64,000 nt of DNA from the human T2T-CHM13v2.0 reference genome, Homo sapiens: assembly GCF_009914755.1 (NCBI RefSeq), contig NC_060936.1, one strand, 5' to 3'. Numbering within the stretch: the stretch's first letter is position 1; each line of letters opens with the position of its first letter. Of this stretch, positions 33,922-45,044 are shown one piece after another. The position numbers and the translations under genes were made by a program. The notes beneath the pieces are model-generated. The model was not told the DNA's origin. It searched no databases and saw nothing but the letters and a program-made list of their open reading frames with translations.

Positions 33922-35824
33922 AGAGGGTGGGGGATAGAGGGAGGGGAATAGAGGGTGGGGGGTGGAGGGAGGGGGATAGATGGTGGGGGATAGAGGTAGG
34001 GGGATAGAGCATGGGGGATAGAGGGAGGGGGATAGAGGGTGGGGGGATAGAGGGAGGAGGATAGAGGGTGGGGGATAGAGGGAGGGGGATAGAGGGTGGG
34101 GGGATAGAGGGAGGGGGATAGAGGGTGGGGGATAGAGGGAGGGGGATAGAGGGTGGGGGATAGAGGGAGGGGGATAGAGGGTGGGGGATAGAGCATGGAG
34201 GATAGAGGGTGGAGGATAGAGGGAGGGGCATAGAGGGTGGCAGATAGAGGGTGGGGGGAAAGAGGGTGGGGGATAGAGCATGGGGGATAGAGGGTGGGGG
34301 ATAGAGGGAGGGGATAGAGGGGGGGACAGAGGGAGGGGGATAGAGGGTGGGGGATAGAGGGAGGGGGATAGAGGTAGGGGGATAGAGCGTTGGGGATAGA
34401 GGGTAGGGGATAGAGGGAGGGGGATGGAGGGGGATAGAGGGTGGGGGATGGAGGGGGGATAGAGGGTGGGGGATAGAGGGTGGGGGATGGAGGGGGATAG
34501 AGGGAGGGGATAAAGGGTGGGGGATAGAGGGAGGGGATAGAGGGAGGGGGATAGAGGGTGGGGGATAGAGGTAGGGGGATAGAGCATGGGGGATAGAGGG
34601 TGGGGGATAGAGGGGGGGACAGAGGGTGGGGGATAGAGGGTGGGGGATAGAGGGTGGGGGATAGAGGGAGGGGGATAGAGGGTGGGGGATGGAGGGGGAT
34701 AGAGGGAGGGGATAAAGGGTGGGGGATAGAGGGAGGGGATAGAGGGAGGGGGATAGAGGGTGGGGGATAGAGGGAGGGGGATAGAGGGAGGGGATAGAGG
34801 GAGGGGGATAGAGGGTGGGGGATAGAGGTAGGGGGATAGAGTGTGGGGGATAGAGGGGGGGACAGGGTGGGGGATAGAGGGAAGGGGGATAGAGGGTGGG
34901 GGATAGAGGGTGGGGGATAGAGGGAGGGGATAGAGGGTGGGGGGATAGAGGGAGGGGGATAGAGGGTGGGGGATAGAGGGAGGGGGATAGAGGGTGGGGG
35001 ATAGAGGGTGGGGGATAGAGGGAGGGGGATAGAGGGTGGGGGATAGAGGGAGGGGGATAGAGGGTGGGGGATAGAGGGAGGGGGATAGAGGGTGGGGGAT
35101 AGAGGGAGGGGATAGAGGGTGGGGGGATAGAGGGAGGGGGATAGAGGGTGGGGGATAGAGGGAGGGGGATAGAGGGTGGGGGATAGAGGGTGGGGGATAG
35201 AGGGAGGGGGATAGAGGGTGGGGGATAGAGGGAGGGGGATAGAGGGTGGGGGATAGAGCATGGAGGATAGAGGGTGGAGGATAGAGGGAGGGGGATAGAG
35301 GGTGGCAGATAGAGGGTGGGGGGATAGAGGGTGGGGGATAGAGCATGGGGGATAGAGGGTGGGGGATAGAGGGAGGGGATAGAGGGGGGGACAGAGGGAG
35401 GGGGGATAGAGGGTGGGGGATAGAGGGAGGGGGATAGAGGGTGGGGGATGGAGGGGATAGAGGGTGGGGATAGAGGGTAGGGGATAGAGGGAGGGGGATA
35501 GAGGGTGGGGGATGGAGGGGGGATAGAGGGTGGGGGATAGAGGGAGGGGGATAGAGGGAGGGGATAGAGGGAGGGGGATAGAGGGTGGGTGATAGAGGTA
35601 GGGGGATAGAGCGTGGGGGATAGAGGGTGGGGGATAGAGGGGGGGACAGAGGGTGGGGGATAGAGGGAGGGGGGATAGAGGGTGGGGGATAGAGGGTGGG
35701 GGATAGAGGGTGGGGGATAGAGGGAGGGGGATAGAGGGTGGGGGATAGAGGGAGGGGATAGAGGGAGGGGATAGAGGGAGGGGGATAGAGGGTGGGGGAT
35801 AGAGGGTGGGGGATAGAGGGAGGG
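33922..35824 (+). repeat. G/purine-rich 14-bp minisatellite (GGGGGATAGAGGG[T/A])n, ~136 units
   Basis: Directly visible tandem array with variant units (GAGCATGG, GGCAGATA, GGACAGA, GATAAAG, GATGGAG). Confidence 0.97.
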
Positions 35825-36679
35825 CAGCCTTGCCTCTGATTGCTAATGGGAGGCAGGCTGGGGTGGGCTCCAGTGCACAAGTCCTGGCTTGCATGGCTCA
35901 ACTCCCTACAGTGCTGAGGGAGGCGATGCTGGACTTTCTTACCAGGACAGGTGAGGGTGGGGGCTTGAAAGGGGTCAGGGGCCAACCATTAAAAATGGAA
36001 TCAGACTCTGTATCACAGCAGTGATGTAGAATATTAAACTCAGCTCTCAGGACACCAAAACCACTAGGGGGTTTCTACCCCACAGCAGCTGCCATATACA
36101 ACACGGTCATGGAGACACACACAGACCATATGCAGGCAACAGCTTGCATTTTGAATATTACTCACCACTGTGAGTCCTGGGCTGCATCACTCCTCACTGG
36201 TGAGCCTGTCTCCTAGGCACTCTGGGGATGATCAAAGTACCTGTATTGTAGGACTGTCCTGAGAAGTAAATGAGAGATGCTTAACTTAGAGCCTGCTGTG
36301 TTGTAAATGCATAAACATGGAACTCAGTTAATCATCATTCACTCAACAGCATCGGTCTATCTTCCTGCCCACAGGGTTCTGCATCCAACCTCAGGCAAAG
36401 GTGCAAGTCATGGGGGTTTCCCAGTGAGTGGAATGGCCTGATGGGCGTGTCATCTCTACTCCTCCATGGCTGGGAAATGTGGATGAGTCATTTGCTTAGC
36501 AGGACTTTACTGAGCACTTTGTGTTTTTGTTTTGTTTTGTTTTTGTAATTGTGTGTGCTAGGCACTGTTCTAGGTGCCACAGACACAGCATGAAACAAGA
36601 TAGGCAAGATTCCTGCCTTGGGCAGTGTACATCCCAGTGGGATGAGTCAGTGATGCCCATATTCACAAATGAATAAGCA

Positions 36680-37145
36680 AGGTGGCTTAAAACAATATCA
36701 GTTTGCTGTCTTATACTTTTAGAGGTCAGAGTCTAGAAATTAGTCTGTGTGGCTGAAATCAAGCTATCAGCAGGGCTGTGTTCCTGTTGGAGGCTCCAGG
36801 GGAGCATCTACTCCTGGCTCTGTGTTCCTGTCGGAGGCTCCAGGGGAGAGCGTACTCCTGGCTGTGTTTTCCAGTTCCCAGAGGCCACCTGCAGTCCTTT
36901 CCTTAGGTCCCTCTGCCAGCACTCCTGACACTCCAACCTCTGCTATTGTGGTCACCTCTCCTCTGACTCTGACCCTCAGTCCTTCTCCTTATTAGAAAAC
37001 ATGATTACACAGGACTCACACAGATAATCCTGGGTGATCTCCCAATTCAAGGCACTGAATCACATCTGCAAAGTCCCTTTTACAAAATAACATGTTCAAC
37101 AGCTCCAGGGACTAGCCTATGGACATTTTTAGGAGCCCTACTACA
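36680..37145 (-). mobile_element. MaLR LTR (MLT1-type) with a 44-bp internal duplication
   Basis: GGTGGCTTAAAACAA and CACATCTGCAAAGTCCCTTT motifs. Confidence 0.65.
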
Positions 37146-37280
37146 CTTGCGTATTGCAAAACTTTGTATATTAAACCTATGAAAAATGAGTTCAAATCAA
37201 AATCACACATCCAAATGGCCTACAATCTCCAGGAAGATCAGATACATGGGTCAAAAGGAAGAGGCATAGCAATGGAAATT

Positions 37281-38000
37281 TATATTAATTTGCTCAAACT
37301 GACATAACAAAGCTCCACAGACTGGGTGGCTTAAACAGCATAAATGCATTTCCTCACAGTTCTGGAGGCTGGAAGTCTGAGATCAAGGTGTCTGTAGGGT
37401 GACTTTCTTCTGAGGCCTCTCTCCTTGGCTTGTAGGTGGCCGTCTTCTCCCTGTGTCCCCACATAGTCTACTCAGTGTCTGTATCCTAATCTCCTTTTTT
37501 TTTCTTTTTTCTTTTTCTTTTCTTTTCTTTTTTTGTTTTTTGTGATGGAGTCTCACTCTGTTGCTCGGTCTGATGTGCAGTGGTGCAATCTTGGCTCACT
37601 ACAATCTCCGCCTCCCAGGTTCAAGTGATTCTCCTGCCTCAGCTTCCAGAGTTCACAGGCACCTGTCATCACATCCAGCTACTTTTTTTTTTTTTTTTAG
37701 TAGAGATAGGGGTTTCACCACATTGGCCAGGCTGGTCTCAAACTCCTGACCTCAGGTGATCCGCTGGCCTCAGCCTCCCAAACTGCTAGGGTTACAGGTG
37801 TGAGCCACCGTGTCTGGCCTAATCTCCATTTCTTATAAAGGCACCAGTCAGATTGGATTAGGACCTGCCATAACAACCTCATTTTTATTAAATTACCACT
37901 TCTCTAAAGACCCTCTCTTCAAATACAGTTATATTCTGAGGTCCTGAAGGTGAGAAGTTGAACATACGTATTATGAGCACACACAATCCAGCTCATGACA
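37281..38000 (-). mobile_element. MaLR solo LTR (MLT1A-like) interrupted by an Alu
   Basis: CACAGACTGGGTGGCTTAAACA, TCTGGAGGCTGGAAGTCTGAGATCAAGG and CACAATCCAGCTCATGACA. Confidence 0.8.
37495..37819 (-). mobile_element. Alu (AluSx-like)
   Basis: Reverse Alu; TSD TAATCTCC (37487-37494 / 37820-37827). Confidence 0.9.
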
Positions 38001-40110
38001 GAACCCAGAGCAGCAGAGTGGGCTGCAGTGACAGGAGGAGGAACTGATCTGTCTAAGGGGGCGACAGCTCCAGCCAGTGGTCACCCCATAGAAATGTGGG
38101 CTTCTGAGACATAATAGTCTCCTGGATTTTCAACAGAAGTCCAATGAAAGTTTTCATTTTGTTTGTTTTTGTGTATGTTCTTGCTTACTGTTTAAATAAG
38201 CCATCCTGGGTTAGCAACCTGCATACCCAGACTCTCTCTTATCCCTCTGGACACGCTGTGGGAGAAGAGAGGGGGCTTCTTTTCTCCTGCTTTGTCTCCC
38301 CTCCCTTCCATCCAGGTTGGTGATGAGTTGTAGAGGGAGAAGATAGAAGATGCAAGAAAGAGGCTACCTGCCTAGGACTGGCATGAGATGGTGCAGGTGC
38401 TCTCTGGGCAGGGCACATGTTGAAAGCAGCTGTTTTTGCAAAACATCCCCATACAAAAAAAGGAGTAGAGGCCACCACCCTTGACTCGTCCAGCTCCTAC
38501 ACTGGACTTTGACTTCCATGAGGGCTGCACAGAGGCTGACTTTTGACTCTAACCCCTGGGATGGGCACAAGGCCAAGCCACAGACAGAAGTCAGTAGATA
38601 CCTGTTAAATTTATGAATAAGTCAAAGAAATGCCTTGGAAAGAGAAAGATGTTCTATCAGGAAATAACCCCCTGAGAAATCTTGCAGGTCTGCACGTGCG
38701 CTGAGGCTGAGGGGCCTCTGGGACTTCAGTCAAGGCACCCAGATGAGTCGGTGGCACCCTCTGCCTGCTCTATCTTGATGACAATGAGAGGGATGATCTC
38801 AGTTTCCTCTCTGAGCAAGAGAAACACAGATTTTAAAGGATCCAGCAATCTGTGTTGAGAAACTACCTACAAATGACTTGTTTTCATTGGTCTGTATAGG
38901 AGTATCAAAAGCTCTTCAATTTCTTCAATAATTTCATCAGAATCCACTAATGAGATAGCTGAACCAAGATATGGGAATTGCAATCAACAAAATCAGGGAA
39001 AAGGAAAAGCTCTTTGATTTACTCACATTTGTTCCTTCCTTTTTCTGCAGTCTTATTTGAATGGGGACAGCTAGCTAATGACTATTCCAATTCTGCCAAA
39101 ACCTGAGAACGATGCCAAAATTCAACTGACAAAATATTAACAAGATACAACTCTAAGGAAAGGTTGGCAATACAATTACATGCACAAAGAGTAAACAAAT
39201 GCTAGCCTTTCTCTCTAATTGTCGCATGAGAAGACATTCCATGGTTTCAGGCACATAAGAGCTACTTCAGGAATCAAAGGCTCACTAAGGAAGAGCGGGG
39301 ATTTGTGATGTAATAGGAAACATTTCCAAGCCTTCATTACAGAGCAAGGGAAAACTGAGATTCCTCAAGCATCATGAAACGAGATCTTCCCCGAGTCTAA
39401 GAGGAGCCCACTAGAGAGGCATTATAGGCGTTTATGCCTCTCTAGGATGCCAGGCAGGCTTCAGGCTGTAACCCTGGAGGCTGGTGAGGAACCTACAAAA
39501 ACAGGAGCCCTCAGAGCTGGGGCCAGCTCCTTCCCCATGACTTCCTCCAGGTAAACCCTCTGTGCACCTAAGGCCTGAAAGGCTCACAACAGGGTTAAAA
39601 TAAAAGCTGTCTTTTAGTGACAGGGTTGAATCTTCAAATGCCTGGTGTGCACAAAACATACACAAACTTATTTGCAAGTAAGCAAAAGTTAGCATAAACA
39701 GCCACTGCAGCACCCCGACACAGTACAATAAAGAATATTTGTGCTTCTGAAACAAAGGTGGGAAGTGGATTTCCTGGAATAATAAATTAGTTACTGCATG
39801 TTCATCCAGAGAACCAGACCCACCAAGAGCCATTGGCTGCAGGTCTAAGCATTCTTTGGATCTATTTATTTTAATTCAAATGAAATCTATCTTTTTTATT
39901 TTAAAAATAGCATTGGAGTCACAGGAGAAAATAAGAAAGGTTTCTCCTACAAGTGAAGTTTACTATTCATTTCTACCTCTTTTTCTGTCTAAAGTGTTGA
40001 TGCTGCCCTCATGGAAGTCAAAGTTGAGTGAAGGAACTGGATGAGTCTACGTTGGTGGCCTCATCTAATCTTAGCCATTTAGGAATACAGGTGATTAAAG
40101 GCAGCTTCCC

Positions 40111-40406
40111 TGCTGGGCGCGGTGGCTCATGCCTGTAATCCCAGCACTTTGGAAGGCCGAGGCGGGTGGATCACAAGGTCAGGAGACCAAGACCATCCTG
40201 GCCAACATGGTGAAACCCTGTCTCTACTAAAAATACAAAAATTAGCAGGGCGTAGTGGTGCATGCCTGTAATCCCAGCTACTCAGTAGGCTGCGGCGGGA
40301 GAATCGTTTGAACTTGGCAGGCAGAGGTTGCAGTGAGCCGAGATTGCGTCACTGCGCTCCAGCCTGGCGACAGAGTGAGACACAGTTTCAAAGAAAAAAA
40401 AAAAAA
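40111..40406 (+). mobile_element. Alu (AluSc-like)
   Basis: Full Alu; TSD GCAGCTTCCC (40101-40110 / 40407-40416). Confidence 0.93.
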
Positions 40407-40841
40407 GCAGCTTCCCGCTTCCCTTTCCTCAGCTCAGAGGCGGATCAATGTACAAGAACAAATAAAATATGGAAAGACAGATACAGTTTTTATTATTTTC
40501 TGGGGAAAAGTCCAATCTCTAGGCTCATAGAGTCAGTGTTTCCATAGCCAACCAAGGATGGCCAGTCCTGGGGGCTGTACCTAATTAGCATAGGATGTCC
40601 GGCTGCTGTTGACCACCAAGGTCTCAGAACAGAGCAGCCCTACTGGAGAGGCAGAGAATAGAGAGAGGATGAAGTTATGGGCAGGTAAGTAGCATATTCT
40701 TTTTTCTCTGAAGGGGACCAGATAAAATTGCTTGAACTTTACTAACTAAATGTTTTATGATACAGAAAATAGGCAGATTTTTTTTTCTCAATAAGAGCCA
40801 GGTGTTACTTAAGATGGTTGTCTTTACTGAATGGAAGGGAA

Positions 40842-40875
40842 AGAGAGAGGGAGAGAGGGAGAGAGAGAGAGAGAG
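40842..40875. repeat. (GA)n repeat
   Basis: Directly visible. Confidence 0.8.
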
Positions 40876-41024
40876 ACGTGAAAGAATGCAAATCCCTAAT
40901 AGATCATCATATGCACTCATTTTATCTCCAGTTGTCTGTATTTTGTGGCGATTATTAAAGTTTCTCTGTATTCCTAATGCCCTTTTGTGAATTGTTAATA
41001 CAATATTACTAAATCACTTTTCTC

Positions 41025-41329
41025 TATTATTATTATTATTTTTTTTTTGAAATGGAGTCTCACTCGGTCACCCAGGCCAGAGTGCAGTGGTGCAATCTTG
41101 GCTCACTGCAACCTCTGCCTCCTGTGTTTAAGCAATTCCTGGCCTCAGCCTCCAGAGTAGCCGGGATTACAGGCACCTGCCACACCACCCAGCTAATTTT
41201 TGTACTTTTAGTAGAGATGGGGTTTTGCCATGTCAGCCAGGCTGGTCTCGAACTCCTGACCTCAAGTGATCTGCCCACCTCAGTCTCCCAAAGCGTTGGG
41301 CTTACAGGCGTGAGTCACCGTGGCTGGCT
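41025..41329 (-). mobile_element. Alu (AluSx-like) with (TAT)n tail
   Basis: Reverse Alu; diverged AAATCA.. TSD. Confidence 0.9.
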
Positions 41330-43429
41330 AAATCATCCTTCTATTTAAATAAAGGCATGGCCCTAGAATCTATTTATCTCCGCTCATTTCCAGTTAAAAC
41401 CGTGCGCTGAAGCCTCGGCCCCTCCCTCTTGTGTGGGCCATGGTTTGCTGAGGTTTGTATTTATGCATTTCAGAAATCTCTGCAGGCTGCTGGAATCATT
41501 ATCTCTGGGGGTTCAGAAATTCCAAATGCACTGATCTTCTTCTGCAATACTACAGCAATGACTTGCCCTTACAGTCTTCTCCATCTTTGTAATGTCAGCT
41601 AAGTCAATAGATTTAAAAAGAAATTGAAAATGCCGTCATTGGTGCCAATTGCCACGAAGAGCAGGCTTCAGTGTGGCTTTGTAAAGAAGTAATGAAGGTG
41701 GGAGGGGGGGGATTTTGTTCCCTGGTGGATGTTTTTATTTTGTTTTGTTTTCTCTCTCTCAGTTCGAACATTCTACAGACACAAGTAACATAAATTCCAG
41801 TTCCACATGTTTTAACTGAAAAAGGAAAAACAGCTACTAGAGGTTGTTGTTTGTTGACTCACATCACTGAAAAGACCAGGGTCTGAACTGGCTGACCTCA
41901 GGCTTGCCTAGAACCTGGGCTTCGTGACTCAGTTTTACTCCCTCTCTTCATTCCATCTTCTGCTGGGCTGGGTGAGTCCATGTGATGTAGCCTTATAGAT
42001 TCAGGACATACCATCCACTTTTAACATTTTAAACAGAAAAGAAATCATCTCTCTCTCGTGGCTCCAGAAAAAAAATACCCAGATTCACTCTGCTTAGACC
42101 AATCTGGGCCCATCCAGCGATAATATCTGTGACTGTGGGAACCATCTGACTAGTCATATCTGGGTTCCATGATCCATCCCTGAGTCTGGACGTAGAGACC
42201 ACCTGAATCACATGGACTGAGAATAGGGGAGAAGTCTTCACTCCATAAAATCGGGTGCCTCTTACCACACACACAAAATGTAGAGGGATGGGTGTTTGCA
42301 AATATAAGTATTTGCAACCAGTCGAATTTAATTTAAATCACTGAATTGTAGAAACAAACAGTGTCTGCAGGCTATAATTATCTTTTGGCCTTCTAATTTG
42401 CAGCATGTGACTAAAATACCATTTATTGTTAGATCTTTAGGTTATCCCCAATTTTACACTATTATAAACAATGTGGATGTGAAAATATTTGAACTGAAGT
42501 TCTTGAAAACAATATGTGATTAATTCCTTAGGGTAAATGTCAATAACTGAGACTTCTGTTAAAGGTAATCTATTTTCCAAAGTTTTTGATATGTGTTGTA
42601 AAAATGTCTTAGAAAACACTTGAAATAACTCAGGACCTCACTAGCAGCATATGTGGGTGTTGGTCTCTTGATATATTTCACACTTTTTACTATGATTGTA
42701 TTTCTACATATGTATTAATGTAACTAATGTATAGTAATTTTGTCATCAAAATTCACACATATTTGATTTTTGGTAAGCTTGAACATCTTTCATTTCTGTA
42801 GTGCTTGTTTATGTTTCTTCTTTAGTCAATTATCCATTCTTGTTATTTGTTCATTTGTCTCTTTTTCATTTGTTTGGATTCTTTATATGTCAAAGGTATT
42901 ATCAAAGGTTCCAATTCTACACCTTATTTTTTAAAAATCTAAAAAATAATTTGAATACAAGTTTAGCTTTTAATCACATGAGCCACAGTATTTCTGAAAA
43001 TGATTCTGAGCTTTAAAATATATGTCATCCCAGTCTAAAATGAAAGTACACTCTTTGATAAGAGGTATATGATTAAAATTCCAGGTATAATACATCCTAC
43101 TTAAATAACAGCCTGTTTCCCAATATACATACCACAAAAGTGTGTTCTTAGAAGCCCTTTAATCAAATGCTTATTGTTTTCTAAGTTTAACTTCACATAT
43201 ATTTCCCATCAATAAAGTGTAATTTTACCTGTGATTAGTACCACTAAATCTGACCTCATGCTGTTCCTACCCTTGTACTTAGTAGTCTCATGATACCAAA
43301 CGAAATGTAATTAAACAACTTAACACATGGAAGAAAAGTTAAAATAGTCTATGACATACAGTAACACATAAGTGACTTATGTGATAATCATGTCCCTACA
43401 TACTATAATTTTTCAAATGTTTGTTCTTG

Positions 43430-43720
43430 CTCACACATCTTCAACCTGAAATTCCTCTTCCATTCCTTTTGCCAGTGTCATTATCTCTTCTGAAAACTTT
43501 TTGTGAACCTCTTTGCTGGCTAAGTCCACCTCTTCTGTGTTTCCTAACACTCTATGCAGACCTCTATTGTAGCACTGGACATCGTATATCTAAATTACTT
43601 ATGTATTACTCAGTCTCTTAAAATATGAACTCCTTGAGGAAGGGGAATGTCTCTTATTTAAACCTGAATTTTCAGGGTTTTACACAGTCTCTGTCACATA
43701 GTAGCAACTAAATATATGCC
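43430..43720 (+). mobile_element. L2 3' fossil
   Basis: ATATGAACTCCTTGAGG...ACACAGT...CACATAGTAG signature. Confidence 0.55.
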
Positions 43721-43762
43721 TTACCTGCAAGAATAAGAAAACAACTGTTCTAAAATCCCTGA

Positions 43763-44047
<285 letters not shown>

Positions 44048-45044
44048 ATATTTTATTTTACTTAGAAGTAAAAGGCTAAAGAAGGAGTCATTTTTTTTTG
44101 TTTTAATTTAAGACGTGTGAAATGTCAGACTCTAGCTCCAGCTATATTTACAGTTCAGCCACCATTCATAAAAGTAGAAGGACTTATGAAATATGCATCT
44201 CCCACGTGGTCATAATTCATCACTCCTCACAGAGGGAGCTGTGTTCCTCCCTGGGGCTGGGAGTAATGCCATTCTGAAATGTGCAGGCTATTTTAAGACT
44301 GGGACCTTTACTTTTCTCACCTCAGTCACAGGCTCTGGCTCAGAAATCCTATTTTTGGCTCCCCCTGCCTGCACACTTTTCATGCCTGTATTGGATAGAA
44401 TGCGCTCTGTGACTTGGGGAAAGTCAGTACGAGGCATTCCTCATTAGAGGAATTAATGCCAGTTGCTGAAAAAGGGAACTCCTGAGACCTTATTGCCTTA
44501 AGGCAGTGAAATTTTACTTCTCCTGTAAGTCCGGCATGGTCAGGCCACTCCTTTCATTGCAGCAAGTGAAACAATGATCCACAGGAGGCGCACCCGCCCT
44601 TACCTGCCTCAGCCAGGATTGCCGCAAATCAATCATGCTGAGTCCACAGGTGAGGAATAGCCAGATGGCCCCAACTTACTACCAGAGGACCCCGGGAAGC
44701 GTAGGGGAATACCTGGGTATATGTAGCACACGTTTGGTCTTTGTTACACAGCATCAAGCTTTCCACTATTATCACAACTCATTTTAACACCTAGATAGAA
44801 ACAAATTTCTGCCTGAAAAGGGTCTGATACCTTGCAATTTTCTTACTTCTATAGCACATTCAGGCTGCAGCACAGAAACTCCTGACCTTCACGTTATATC
44901 ACTATAATTATTTTAAACATGGTAAGTTAAGAAAAACAAATGAACAAACAAAAAGCTTTGTGAGAAAACACAGACAGATACAGCAAGTGGCTTTCATTTC
45001 CTGAACCTATTTTCTAATTATGATTCTGATTTTCCTTTTCTTTT

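Noticed and set aside
33922-35824. CRISPR-like, telomeric or SVA-hexamer array
   Set aside because: No unique spacers, the unit is neither TTAGGG nor CCCTCT-only, and there are no SVA Alu-like or SINE-R parts or TSDs.
33679-35985. 768-aa extensin-like or proline-rich protein gene
   Set aside because: It starts at TTG, overlapping frames give the same kind of peptide, and openness follows from the stop-free C-rich repeat strand.
44575-44600. CTCF site at ATCCACAGGAGGCGCAC
   Set aside because: Only the 3' half matches the consensus; too weak to call.
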